Of a stretch of 64,000 nucleotides of DNA, positions 24,332 to 36,746 are shown piece by piece. This DNA is from Octopus bimaculoides. Its lineage: Eukaryota. The DNA is taken from the NCBI RefSeq assembly GCF_001194135.2, contig NC_068985.1, positions 54,477,658 through 54,541,657 of the forward strand, in the 5' to 3' direction. Below the pieces are notes generated by a model. That model was not told the origin of the DNA, did not search any database, and worked only from the letters and a program-made list of their open reading frames with translations. How positions within the stretch are numbered: the first letter of the stretch is position 1; every line of letters begins with the position of its first letter. The translations under genes were made by a program, and so were the position numbers.

Positions 24332-26074
24332 TATTGTTTTTGGTGATTAAGTTTCCTTTAAAGCCAATTCTACATGTCTGCTAACTTCAGGACTTGCTGT
24401 TTTTCTCAGATGATGATTCACCAGAGTTATCTGTCCTTGGCATTGGTTTCCCACTTATGTTTACGTTTCTTTATGTTGATTTTTAAGATTACATTAAATC
24501 TCTTCTGTTGTCCGACTATATTATGTCTGCCTCCTTTAATCTGAGAGAAAAATCTACTGTAGCAATCGCTCGTCTTTCATCCACCAACATGACCACTTCA
24601 TCTTAGTTGGCTCGTGGTGACAAAGTCTTCACTAAATATGCTAATATTAATTGTTCTCTCTTCCTTGTTATTGCCTTTGTCATCAACAAAGCCTTTAATG
24701 GTGTCAAATTTGAATTTTCATTGAAAGTATGTGATATATACACATAGATATATGTGTATATATATCTATGTGTGTGTGTGTGTCTTTGTATCAGTATTTG
24801 TCCTCCACCATCTCTTGACAACAGGTGTTGGTGTGTTTACGTCACCGTAACTTAGCGGTTCAGGAAAAGAGAATGATAGAAAAAATACTAAACCTGAAAT
24901 ATAAGTCCTGGGGGTCGATTTGTTCGACTAAAACTCCCTAAGGCAGTGCCCCAGCATGGCCTCAGTCAAATGACAGAAACAAGCAAAAGATAAGCGATAA
25001 AAGATATATATATTGATAGATGAATAGATATATGTGTATGTTTGTGTTTACCCTCGTCTTGACACCATGTGATGTTTGTATATAAGTATCGTTATTATAC
25101 AAGTGATGTCATTCATTGTAGAATGGTTTTAACACAACCGTCTTAACAATATGCTTAGGAAAGGCCTTATGAACTTTCCCATATATATTAAAGTACTCCA
25201 TTATTAGGTTTTAAGTTTAACTTCTATCCTTTTCCTATATATTGATCTATAATTCTTTTCTAAATGTATTATAATAAATTTGCTAAATTATGAATTACTA
25301 CATCCTATATCCCTCATTTCTAATTCCCACCCTTAAAGCTTATTTTTACCTCTTTTGTTTTCCACTATATTCCCCCTTTTATTTGATAATCTAAATAAGG
25401 ACTAGCCACCCCCATCCTTCCTTCTTCTAGTTATCACCTCTTCCCCATCAGTCATTCTTTCACTAGCAGTTCTAAAACATATCCTTTTATGTAGATAAAG
25501 CTTGTTATATGGTCCCCCCCCCCCCGATAAAATAAGGGTATGGGAGGTTGTCTGACATTAATTAATTTATCACCATCAACTGGAACATAGATGACAGCTC
25601 CCAATGGATTTAATTCTAAATGGTTGTAGACTATATGCTGCATAAAATTTCATAAATATAAATAAAAAACTATCTCANNNNNNNNNNNNNNNNNNNNNNN
25701 NNNNNNNNNNNNNNNNNNNNNNNNNNNNNNNNNNNNNNNNNNNNNNNNNNNNNNNNNNNNNNNNNNNNNNNNNNNNNNNNNNNNNNNNNNNNNNNNNNNN
25801 NNNNNNNNNNNNNNNNNNNNNNNNNNNNNNNNNNNNNNNNNNACTATCTCATCACTCCTCTATCTTGACCCCCCCCCTCCCCTACACTTATTTTCCTCTG
25901 CTACTCTCTAAATTATAGTAGGCTTAAATAGATATGCATTATTCTCTGAATTCATTCTTCCACAAATATAACATCAGGAAACAATATAATTATTTTGGTT
26001 TCTAATACTGATTTAAATTTGCTATAAATGCTAAAAATGGTTTATCCTTGATGTTGGAAATCTATATGGTCATC

Positions 26075-26161
26075 TGCATCTGAGAAGAGTGGTTTCTTTC
26101 AAACTGATATAATGTTTACATTGATCGATTAAATGGAGCCGCCTGAAACGGCCGTAAAGCA
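26075..26161 (+). ncRNA. Type I hammerhead-ribozyme-like scaffold with extended stem II (degenerate)
   Basis: TGCAT-CTGAGAA-G-AGTGGTTTC...GGAGCCGCCT-GAAA-CGGCCG-TA-AAGCA. Confidence 0.6.
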
Positions 26162-26295
26162 TTGATACCTACACAGCCTTGTTACTTATTTTCATTTTGT
26201 TCACCTAACTTTGAGCTGCATGGACTATACCGAACTGGTTTGGTGCCTCAATTTAAATACCCAATTCAACTGAATCTTAATTATATATGTGTATG

Positions 26296-26342
<47 letters not shown>

Positions 26343-26348
26343 CACATG

Positions 26349-26388
<40 letters not shown>

Positions 26389-26733
26389 AGCAGCAAGCTA
26401 ACAGAATTGTTACTGTGCCAAGGAAAATGCTTAGTGACATTTCTTCCAACTTTACATTCTGAGTTCAGTTGCCACTGGAGTCGACTTTGCCTTTTATCCT
26501 TTCAGGGTCGATAAAAGAAGTGCCAATTGAACATTGAAATGGATGTAATCCATGTGCCTGCTTCCCTGAAATTGCTGGCCTTGTACCAAAATTTGAAACC
26601 AATACACACATGCACACATATAATATTACAATGTTATTGAATTCATTATCTTCCTTCTCGTAAACAAACCCTACCTTTTACAATTGTCTTCATAACTTAT
26701 TTTCTAATATTTTTGATTCTTGTTGTATTCCAG

Positions 26734-26824
26734 GGTGTTGTGGAATTTTCACTTTGTCTATTCTTTGCCAAATTAATCAGTTATACATTCCTCTACTGGC
26801 TACCTAACTTCATCAAGAATAAAA
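26734..26824 (+). CDS. SLC37A2: SLC37A exon 7 (GVVEFSLCLFFAKLISYTFLYWLPNFIKNK-T)
   Basis: ttccag acceptor, A|gtaagt donor; GVVEFSLCL.FAKL.SYTFLYWLP signature. Confidence 0.96.
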
Positions 26825-28032
26825 GTAAGTGATTTTTGTTTTTTTTTCTCTGAGATGCCCTATGCATCTAAAAAGCAAAAGTTAAGTTTGTGCTGACATA
26901 TTTGATACATAAAGCATTAAAAAAAAAGCCATCATCATCATTTACATCTATTTTCCAAGCTGCTGGACTCCAACTTTCAACCATTCATACCAGTTTAATA
27001 TTTTAATAAGATTGTATCTGAGTACCAGTTATATACTAGGGACAGCTCAGTTAACTATACTTTCTGAACTTTTTCCAAAATAATCATTTCTAAATAAGTC
27101 ATTTAATTATATATCTCAAAGTGAACTTATTTGTAAATAATAACTGATAATATATTAGGTTAAAAACCCCTCGGATACAAAGAAGGCAGAAAGCTACTTT
27201 TTTCCATTCAAGAGGTTTTTATCCAATATATTATCAGCTACCTTCTTGTGCCTTGAGAGTATGCCCTCCTATTTCATTACCACTATCCTTTCTCCCTTTC
27301 CAACTGGGGTAGCCATGTATCTTCTCTGTAGCAAGACACCTAGTTATGTTCCTCTATCATACTTTAGTCTCTCAACACTTGGCTTGACCCTTTAACATTT
27401 AAACCAGCCATATCCTGCCCAAATATTCTACCTGTTTTATGTTCAAACCAGCCAGATGCAGCCTTTCCAACCTACCCTATGATGTCATTTTAAAAGTAAA
27501 AAATCACATTTTTGAGGTTTTGAATTTATGGGATGATGCATGGTTAATTCAAAACAATGTGAATAAATAAGCATTACATGTGACAAAATAATCTGAATGT
27601 TGAATGGTTAAAGCCACCTCCTAACTTAATCAAAGGGTTTTGTTTTAGAAGTTACTCATTGACTTCACTAATGCCTGTGCCACAAAAAAAGCACCAAGTA
27701 TGCTCTGTAGGTGATAGAACTCATGCCAAAACAAAAACTGGAGCTGATGCATCCTCTGGTTCTTCAGATCCTGTGCTACCCTGGAAAATTGCCTTAAATG
27801 ATGATGCTGGTGATGGTATTTGGTTTAAGATACACCATCAAATGACCTATTTACATGTTTAACAATACTTTTACATTTATAGAATGTTGTACTAACTTAT
27901 AAAAACATTTAGAATACCTTCTAGTATATTGTGTTTGCATAATGAAGTACCATGTACCTACAAGTCTTTAATTTTTATAGTTATATTCTAAACGTAAATA
28001 TTCATTTCTGTTTGTTGCCTTTGTACATTCAG

Positions 28033-28095
28033 CTCATTATAATGCTCAGCGGGCTGCAAATTTATCAACCTTTTTTGACACAGGAGGTATTATTG
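28033..28095 (+). CDS. SLC37A2: SLC37A exon 8 (T-HYNAQRAANLSTFFDTGGII-G)
   Basis: attcag acceptor, G|gtaagt donor; LST.FD.GGIIG motif; phase 1 to 1. Confidence 0.93.
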
Positions 28096-28958
28096 GTAAG
28101 TAGCATTTGTTTTCTTTTTTTCTTTGTAGATGCCAGTAGTCACCAAACCAACATTAGTAGAACTCTATTTATGTGTGTTGGGGGGGGGGGGACAACTTGA
28201 GTTTGTTATATACAAACTATAATGAAATGCTTCAGACAATCTCCTTTGACATTTCGAAGAGGTTATATTAATTTGTGCATTTACTTTATGCACATATTTT
28301 TTATGCTAGCACGGTTGGGCATGGGCTTGGCTTTGGTAGCATTTTACTACCAGGTTTAACACCTCTACAGCAAGAAACCAGCTCTGTTTTTGTTCTTCCT
28401 TTCATCTCCTAGCATAAAGCCACCTTCTATTGCGGCCCTACTCAGTTTTTCAGGCTGTATGGCAACCTCACTAGTGTTGGTGTCATGAAAAAAAAAATAA
28501 TCCAGAATGCTCATTAAAGTCATTGGTGTTAGGAAGGGCATCCAACTGTAGATATCCATGCCAAGGGAGATACTGGAGTGTTGTACAGTCTTCATACTCA
28601 TCATATCTTGTCAAACTAACACATGCCAGCATGAATGATGGGTGTTAAAAGATGATGATAGTGGTGGTGATTTTCATGTTGCTATTCTTTATTTGTGCTT
28701 CAGACAAAGGACTATATATTTCACTGGTCTTTCAAAGTGTAAAATACCAGTTGAAATGTCAGTGTGAAATGTAAGCAACATAACTTTCACTCGTATGGTA
28801 ACAACCACAAAACTGAGTGGTACTACAGTAGAAGCTTGCTAGATATTTGGTCCAGTACTATATCTATAGATGCAGAACTGCTACATAAGTTAACTTTCTA
28901 GAAGAAAGATGAGAGCTTACACTTTCAAATTGTCACTGAGTAAAAAAAATGTGACCAG

Positions 28959-29004
<46 letters not shown>

Positions 29005-29590
29005 ATGGTGGCAAAGGTTAGATGGTTTGACCGAAACTGGTAAGCCGTAGGGTTACAACAGGTTCCAATCTGATTTGGCCTGGTTTCTATGCTGTATGTC
29101 GTTCCTAATGCTAACCACTCCAAGAGTGTAATGGGTGCTTTTTATGTGCCACAGGCTTGGGTGCCAGTTATATGAGCCCGGCATTGGCCACAACTACGAT
29201 TTCACTTGGCTTGACGGGTCTCCTCAAGCATGGCATATCGTCAAAAGTCTCGGTCACTTATAATTGCCACCATGAGGCCTAATGTTCAGGGTGCACATTT
29301 TATGTGTCATCAGCATAATTGCCAATTACCTGACAGTAGCATCAACCACAACTACGATTTCACTTGGCTTCACGGGTCTTCTCATGCACAGCATATTGCC
29401 AACTGTCTTGGTCATGTGTCATTGCCTCCATGAGGCCCAATGTTCATGCTTTACCACCTCGTCCCATGTGTTCCTGGGTCTACTCCTTCCACATGTTCCC
29501 TCCTCAGATTCACAACAGATTACTATTTAAGTTCTTTGAACACTGTTTTGTAAAACTAAATTTTCAACTAAGAATTTTATTTCCTTTCAG

Positions 29591-29676
29591 GTGGTATATG
29601 TGCTGGATTTCTCTCAGACAAAACTAAATCCAGTGGAAGTATATGTATGATTATGTCAGCAATTGCAGCTCCACTA
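29591..29676 (+). CDS. SLC37A2: SLC37A exon 9 (G-GICAGFLSDKTKSSGSICMIMSAIAAPL)
   Basis: tttcag acceptor, CTA|gtaagt donor; G..AG..SD MFS motif. Confidence 0.93.
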
Positions 29677-29711
29677 GTAAGTAACAAGTAACAATCCTTT
29701 TGTTTGCTTTA

Positions 29712-29934
29712 CCCTTTTGATAGCAACCCGCCTAAGACTGTCCTTAGTTTTATAAAACAAATTCCCTGTTTTAAAGGGATCTAAATTAAAACCTTCCATC
29801 AAAATTCATTGTAATTGCATATTCTACACACCAGTTTAATAATGACCAAGTCATTTTAATAAATTCTTTATTATTCTCAAGATTAATTGTAACAAAAATC
29901 ATTTTATTTCCACAGAAATATGGCAATAAAAGGG
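29712..29934. mobile_element. Second TTAA-type MITE family (CCCTTTTGATA..AAAAGGG); related pieces at ~2580-2680, 54910-55020, 56995-57200, 58560-58710
   Basis: Terminal inverted CCCTTTT/AAAAGGG and a shared internal CTAAATTAAAACCTTCCATCAAAATT. Confidence 0.6.
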
Positions 29935-30972
29935 TTGTCAGTCTGTAAAACTAGTATTAACCATCACCAGTAATTCATAAAGAAAAAAGGGTTCATCACT
30001 GTTACTCTTATCATAATTATCATAATTTCTTTTATGTCTGTTTTTCCATGCTGGCAGGGATTAGACATGTTTGCAACTCAGCAGCTTCCACAAAGCTCGA
30101 TCTTATTTACATAAATTTCATTGTTGTATTATTCTGCCAGTGTAATCATCATCATCATCATCATCATCGTTTAATGTCCGCTTTCCATGCTAGCATGGGT
30201 TGGACGATTTGATTGAGGACTGGTGAAACCGGATGGCAACACCAGGCTCCAATCTAATTTGGCAGAGTTTCTACAGCTGGATGCCCTTCCTAATGCCAAC
30301 CACTCAGAGAGTGTAATGAATGTAATTAATATTGTTACTACATACCAGTGGCCTTTCTGTACTGTCAGTCACTGTTTCCTCTCCTATTTGCCATCAGTCA
30401 CTCTTCACTCTTATTTACCATCAATCCCTTTCATTCCTATTTACCATCAATCACCTTCATTCCTATTTACCATCAGCTGCCTCTGCCTCTGTGTACCACT
30501 AACCACATCCACTCCTTCCATTATCCATTAGTCTCTTCCTTTAAATACACACACTCTTGCGACCATGCAACCAACCACCTTTCCTGATTCTTTTGTCACC
30601 TCTCTCCTCCTCTCTCCCTCTCTATCTCTCTCCCCCTCCCTCTCTCTCTCTCCTCCTCCCTCCATCTCTCTCTCTTCTATTCACCTTCCTGGATGCATTA
30701 CCTTGAGGATATAAACATATCACAGGATATATATGGAAAGTGAGAGAGAGAAAAGTTTAATTATTTTTTGAAAATTACTCTAAAGTATGTTATTGTCATA
30801 GACCATATATTGCACTGTCAGAAACAATAATACAACACTCTGTACACTTCGCTCTGAGTATCGCCACTTCAGTATTTAGTGATTGAACACATACTGGATC
30901 AGAGTAATTTCGATATCTTCCCACCAAATCAAAGTACATTTGAATATTTCCTACTGGATCAAGTACATATAC

Positions 30973-31006
<34 letters not shown>

Positions 31007-31090
31007 GAGAATTCACGAAAAAACAACAGACAAAGACAGGTGGTGTAAACAACAAATGGATGCATTAGTATAACACTCGGGAATAGAAAG

Positions 31091-31127
31091 TCTTTAACGT
31101 TTCGAGCCTACGCTCTTCAACAGAAAG
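31091..31127 (-). ncRNA. Minimal hammerhead-like motif, Penelope type (degenerate)
   Basis: Minus strand CTTT-CTGTTGA-A-GAGC-GTAG-GCTC-GAAA-CGTT-AAAGA. Confidence 0.55.
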
Positions 31128-31213
31128 GAACACACAAAGAAACAAGGAGAGAAAAAAATATGTGTAGTGGTCAGCAATCTATCATGGCGAATATATATAT
31201 ATATATATTCACA

Positions 31214-33067
31214 CAGGGTGTGTCAAAAGTAAGTAAGCATTAAAAATCTATATATATAAAAATGAGAATGTGTGTCTGTGTGTGTGAATCCCTAAAACTC
31301 GAGAACTACGCAACCAATTTCATTCAAATTTTACAGATGCCTTACTTAGGGTTCCAGTTGTGTTTTAGTAAAAAAAAATTTTAACNNNNNNNNNNNNNNN
31401 NNNNNNNNNNNNNNNNNNNNNNNNNNNNNNNNNNNNNNNNNNNNNNNNNNNNNNNNNNNNNNNNNNNNNNNNNNNNNNNNNNNNNNNNNNNNNNNNNNNN
31501 NNNNNNNNNNNNNNNNNNNNNNNNNNNNNNNNNNNNNNNNNNNNNNNNNNNNNNNNNNNNNNNNNNNNNNNNNNNNNNNNNNNNNNNNNNNNNNNNNNNN
31601 NNNNNNNNNNNNNNNNNNNNNNNNNNNNNNNNNNNNNNNNNNNNNNNNNNNNNNNNNNNNNNNNNNNNNNNNNNNNNNNNNNNNNNNNNNNNNNNNNNNN
31701 NNNNNNNNNNNNNNNNNNNNNNNNNNNNNNNNNNNNNNNNNNNNNNNNNNNNNNNNNNNNNNNNNNNNNNNNNNNNNNNNNNNNNNNNNNNNNNNNNNNN
31801 NNNNNNNNNNNNNNNNNNNNNNNNNNNNNNNNNNNNNNNNNNNNNNNNNNNNNNNNNNNNNNNNNNNNNNNNNNNNNNNNNNNNNNNNNNNNNNNNNNNN
31901 NNNNNNNNNNNNNNNNNNNNNNNNNNNNNNNNNNNNNNNNNNNNNNNNNNNTGCAAAGTGTTGAGTAAAATTATTTCGTTGCAGACCTCCTTTGGGTCTT
32001 TTTATTATCACTACGACACACATAGTCCCCAGTTGGTAACATTGATTTCAAGGCCCTCCTAGATGTGAGACTGGCATTCCACTTAATGTCTATGTTCCAT
32101 GCTGGCATGGATTGGAGAGTTATTAATGTAGAAATATGGTATCGTAGCTACTAACAGTTGAGGGTTGCATAGTCTAGACGGCGTTTTTAGATTTCATTAT
32201 TTTCTTTAACCCGGGCAAAGCCAGGTATTTCTGCTAGTTGATAATAAAATCCATATTCCTTTCACAAATTTATTGAAACAAATGATACATGTTCTTTATG
32301 ACATGGGAAAATGAAAGTAAATCTTCATATCTCAACGTAAGCACTGGTGGTGTTAACCTCTTTCCTCAAATGGCCATGGATGGAATGAACAACTTTCTGA
32401 AGAACGTTGTCTGGGAAATCATTGAGAACCTCCTGAATCCGTATCTCCAAGTCCTCCAGTGTGCAAGGTTTTGTCTTGTACACCTCCTCTTTTGTGTAAC
32501 CCCACAGGTAAAAGTCACATGAAGTGAGATCTGGACTTCTGGACTTCTGCAGTCAGTCTTCAGTTTTAGCCCCTGCATGTAATGGGGTTTCCACGGACGA
32601 AAATTCAGTTCTTTATGCAACAACGTACGTATTGTGTGTCTTGTAAATCCACTTTCATGAGTTGCTTGACATATTGATTATTGCGGGCTGCAATTAAACA
32701 TTTCCTGCACTGTTGCCACTTTCTCCAATGATCAGGATGTGGTTGGACGGTCACTTCTTCTTGCATCATTCACAGAGACTGTGGTCATCAGCTTTGCATG
32801 ACAACTTTTGTCACCAAACGTAATGTTGCATGCTTACCTTTCCTTGCATGCCCCATTTTTGAAACAAAAACAATGGAATTCCGCACTTCATAGCATGCTA
32901 TTATCGTAGCTCGCTCCTGAACAGTCAAGTGACAAGCCTTCAGAAAAATAAGAAATAAGAAATCCCTATTAGTGTTGTCTATTTAAAAAATGTTTACATC
33001 ATGTCTTTAGTGATACTAAAAATTCTATAAGCAATTTTTAATGGCTAGTTACTTTCCACCTACCCTA
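31214..33067 (-). mobile_element. Internally deleted Tc1/mariner element (rosa/maT-like), interrupted by a Helitron
   Basis: TIRs CAGGGTGTGTCAAAAGTAAGTAAGCATTAAAAA|TTG versus rc TAGGGTAGGTGGAAAGTAACTAGCCATTAAAAATTG; minus-strand SVNDARRSDRP..TIRTLLHKELNFRPWKP and RSPDLTSCDFYLWGYTKEEVY. Confidence 0.82.
31247..32237 (+). mobile_element. Non-autonomous Helitron copy 1 (contains N gap)
   Basis: A|TCTATATATATAAAAATGAGAATG 5' end; subterminal hairpin CCCGGGCAAAGCCAGG; CTAG|T 3' end; no TSD. Confidence 0.85.
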
Positions 33068-33462
33068 TATATATACACACTCACTTACATATATGTCTGT
33101 ATATATATATATTTATAGGAGTTTTATAGGAGGTTGATTATCTACATGCATACATACATACATACATAACATAACATACATAGATATATATATAAGAAAA
33201 AGAAATGACACAAGAAAAACAATAGTTATGTTATGAACCTTGTTTGCTTACAGCTGTTACTGCTATAAGATGCAGTGGATTTGTAATTGAGTCTCATAAT
33301 CGGAACCTCGAATATGACATGCAATTTATTTGGGGAAAAAAATTACATTTGTGCAATATACAGGGAAGGCATTACCAGTGAGAAAATCATTACTGGTGTA
33401 TATAAAAACGTGTATCTCCAAAAGGTAATTAGATTTACTAGTACAAAAAGTAGGAAAAAATG

Positions 33463-33509
<47 letters not shown>

Positions 33510-33699
33510 GCATGCACTTGAAAAACTTATGCTGATACACAGCCATGTACACAGCCATGTACACAGCACAGATACATACACATTCACACACAGATGTATA
33601 TATATATGCGTGTGTGTATATGTTTACATGTATACATATACATGTATGAAATACATATCCACAGACATACACATAACATACACACTACATATGCACACA

Positions 33700-34080
33700 A
33701 ATTTCCATATTTGATGTCAAATACTTTTTTCTCAAAAAATCTTTCAAATTATTACCCCAAGTCATGCTTTCCTGGGCATGGACACAGTAAAATTCTAGCA
33801 TCTGGTAACTGATTTGGTAGACACCCACAAGATTATCCACCGTCTTTCCAACAACCTTGGCTATTTTTTTGAATTCTGTTTATCTAACACTCATGGACAT
33901 GCTTACAAAATCACAAAAACCAACTCAGCACTCATGATTTTCAGAAACATTTTGTTTTCATATTGAGAATTGCTGATGCATGGAATAAACTACCCACATC
34001 AGTTGTTAGCTGTAGGAACACATCCTTCAAAACTTCCTTGCTTCCTGAAATTCACCAACAATACACCTGATGCTCCTCAC
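33700..34080 (+). mobile_element. CR1/L2-like LINE 3' end relic
   Basis: HGHAYKI..DFQKHF..LRIADAWNKLPTSVVSC, typical of the CR1 C-terminus. Confidence 0.7.
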
Positions 34081-34447
34081 ACCTGTTTTATTTTTACAAC
34101 TTATTCACTGTTCACTTCCTGTGCATATTCTATGTACTGTTCGTGCAGTTTTTGGTTACTTTTTCTGATGAGTTGTAGAGCACTAAATACAATAAGTTCA
34201 TTATTATTATATCTTATTTTAAGTCCCTTGTGTGAAATTGGGCCTATATTACATGCTTTAATGCACTAAAAACATTTTCCTAATATCTGCAGCTAAAACT
34301 GTGTGCATTTAATATGCCTGTGCATCTTTTGACCCAGATATGATAGTATTTACATAATGTTTTTACATTATTCTGAAAAATATTTTGAATTTAAATGAGA
34401 AAACAAGCAACTTATGATGTAAAGTGCATTTATGTCTTTATTTGCAG

Positions 34448-34496
34448 CTCTATACTTACAATGCATATGGTGCAGTGAATTACACTTGGAATATTG
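34448..34496 (+). CDS. SLC37A2: SLC37A exon 10 (LYTYNAYGAVNYTWNI-V)
   Basis: tttgcag acceptor, G|gtatgt donor; 49 nt supplies the required phase 0 to 1 link; corresponds to vertebrate MFLYNYIG. Confidence 0.85.
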
Positions 34497-34820
34497 GTAT
34501 GTAATTCTTCTTCATTTTAAAGTTTTACTTTATTCATGTGGTGAGGAGGGAGTAGCTTCTATGTAGTGTCTTAGCCACTAAGAAACAGCAACCAAAATCC
34601 CCTTCAAATCATACCTTAGTTAATGTAGTTGTAGATACACTGGTTCTGAACAGCAGACAGGATAGCCCTAGCTGAAATATTTTTGACCATAGATCTGCTG
34701 TTTTAGAGCTGACATGGAGCAAAATAACTGGAAAGTCACCTTAGATAATGTAGTCCTAGATATACTATGTCTGAAAAAAGATGAAATGGGTCTAGCTGAA
34801 ATAATTTTCACCATCAGTCT

Positions 34821-35058
34821 TATTTCTTTATTGCCCACAAGGGACTAAACATAGAGGGGACAAACAAGGACAGACAAAGGGATTAAGTCGATTACATCGA
34901 CCCCAGTGCGTAACTGGTACTTATTTAATCGACCCTGAAAGGATGAAAGGCAAAGTCGACCTCGGCAGAATTTGAACTCGGAAGGTAGCGGCAGACGAAA
35001 TACTGCTAAGCATTTCGCCTGTCGTGCTAACGTTTCTGCCAGCTCGCCGCCTTCTCCA
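34821..35058 (-). mobile_element. Young full-length SINE family B copy with a 15-bp TSD
   Basis: TTTCACCATCAGTCT at 34806-34820 and 35059-35073; CpGs largely intact. Confidence 0.9.
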
Positions 35059-35424
35059 TTTCACCATCAGTCTACTGGATCAGAGGTAACCTGGAGCTAA
35101 GTAGCAACAAAGAAGGACATATTAAATGTTGTAGTCCTAGATATACTGTCTGAATAACAGAAATGCTGTATCTTGAATGAGTTTATCATAGGTCTTTTGA
35201 ATCAGGGATGACCTGGGGTTAAATAACAACAATCAGATAATATATTCCTAGATGTGTTACTAAGTCTACTACCCAAGTAGGCTACAGTGGGATTTGAACT
35301 CAGAATGCAAAGAGCCAAAACAAATATCACAAGGTACTTGATCCAATGTTCCTACAGTTCCACCTGTCTACTATTTTTTTTATTGACCTCAAAAGAACGA
35401 AAGACAAAGTTGACCCCTTTGTAA

Positions 35425-36746
35425 TCTATATATATAAAAATGAGAATGTGTGTGTGTCTGTCTGTCTGTCTGTCTGTCTGTGTGAATCCCTAAAACTCGA
35501 GAACTACGCAACCAATTTCATTCAAATTTTACAGATGCCTTACTTAGGGTTCCAGTTGTGTTTTAGTCAAAAAAAAATTTTAACTTCTTGCAGAGTTCGA
35601 GCCCACAGCAACATAATATCTCCTCCACTATTTAAGTATTACGTGTCAAAAGTGAAACAAAAACACTCATGTCAAATACTTTCACTTTAAAAATGAAACT
35701 ATTCCACTAACTGAAACAATCACATTTCGATACTGTAATGACAGATACTTTCAGAGAAAGAGAGAGAAAGAGAGAGAGAGANNNNNNNNNNNNNNNNNNN
35801 NNNNNNNNNNNNNNNNNNNNNNNNNNNNNNNNNNNNNNNNNNNNNNNNNNNNNNNNNNNNNNNNNNNNNNNNNNNNNNNNNNNNNNNNNNNNNNNNNNNN
35901 NNNNNNNNNNNNNNNNNNNNNNNNNNNNNNNNNNNNNNNNNNNNNNNNNNNNNNNNNNNNNNNNNNNNNNNNNNNNNNNNNNNNNNNNNNNNNNNNNNNN
36001 NNNNNNNNNNNNNNNNNNNNNNNNNNNNNNNNNNNNNNNNNNNNNNNNNNNNNNNNNNNNNNNNNNNNNNNNNNNNNNNNNNNNNNNNNNNNNNNNNNNN
36101 NNNNNNNNNNNNNNNNNNNNNNNNNNNNNNNNNNNNNNNNNNNNNNNNNNNNNNNNNNNNNNNNNNNNNNNNNNNNNNNNNNNNNNNNNNNNNNNNNNNN
36201 NNNNNNNNNNNNNNNNNNNNNNNNNNNNNNNNNNNNNNNNNNNNNNNNNNNNNNNNNNNNNNNNNNNNNNNNNNNNNNNNNNNNNNNNNNNNNNNNNNNN
36301 NNNNNNNNNNNNNNNNNNNNNNNNNNNNNNNNNNNNNNNNNNNNNNNNNNNNACATAACAGATGAGCATTATTTGTAATTCAACGGTACAACAGTGTAAG
36401 ACTACCCTTTCAGATATACTTTCATTGTGATTTCTGCAAATGTGGTGCATAAATTGTCAAGTAAATGAGACACATCTTTGCCTCCACTGATTCACTTGCA
36501 AAGTGTTGAGTAAAATTATTTCGTTGCAGACCTCCTTGGGTCTTTTTATTATCACTACGACACACGTAGTCCCCAGTTGGTAACATTGATTTCAAGGCCC
36601 TCCTAGATGAGAAACTGGCATTCCACTTAATGTCTATGTTCCATGCTGGCATGGATTGGAGAGTTATTAATGTAGAAATATGGTTGCGTAGTCTAGACGG
36701 CGTTTTTAGATTTCATTATTTTCTTTAAGCCGGGTATTTCTGCTAG
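35425..36746 (+). mobile_element. Non-autonomous Helitron copy 2 (contains N gap)
   Basis: Same A|TC 5' end and CTAG|T 3' end as copy 1; near-identical body with small diagnostic indels. Confidence 0.85.
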
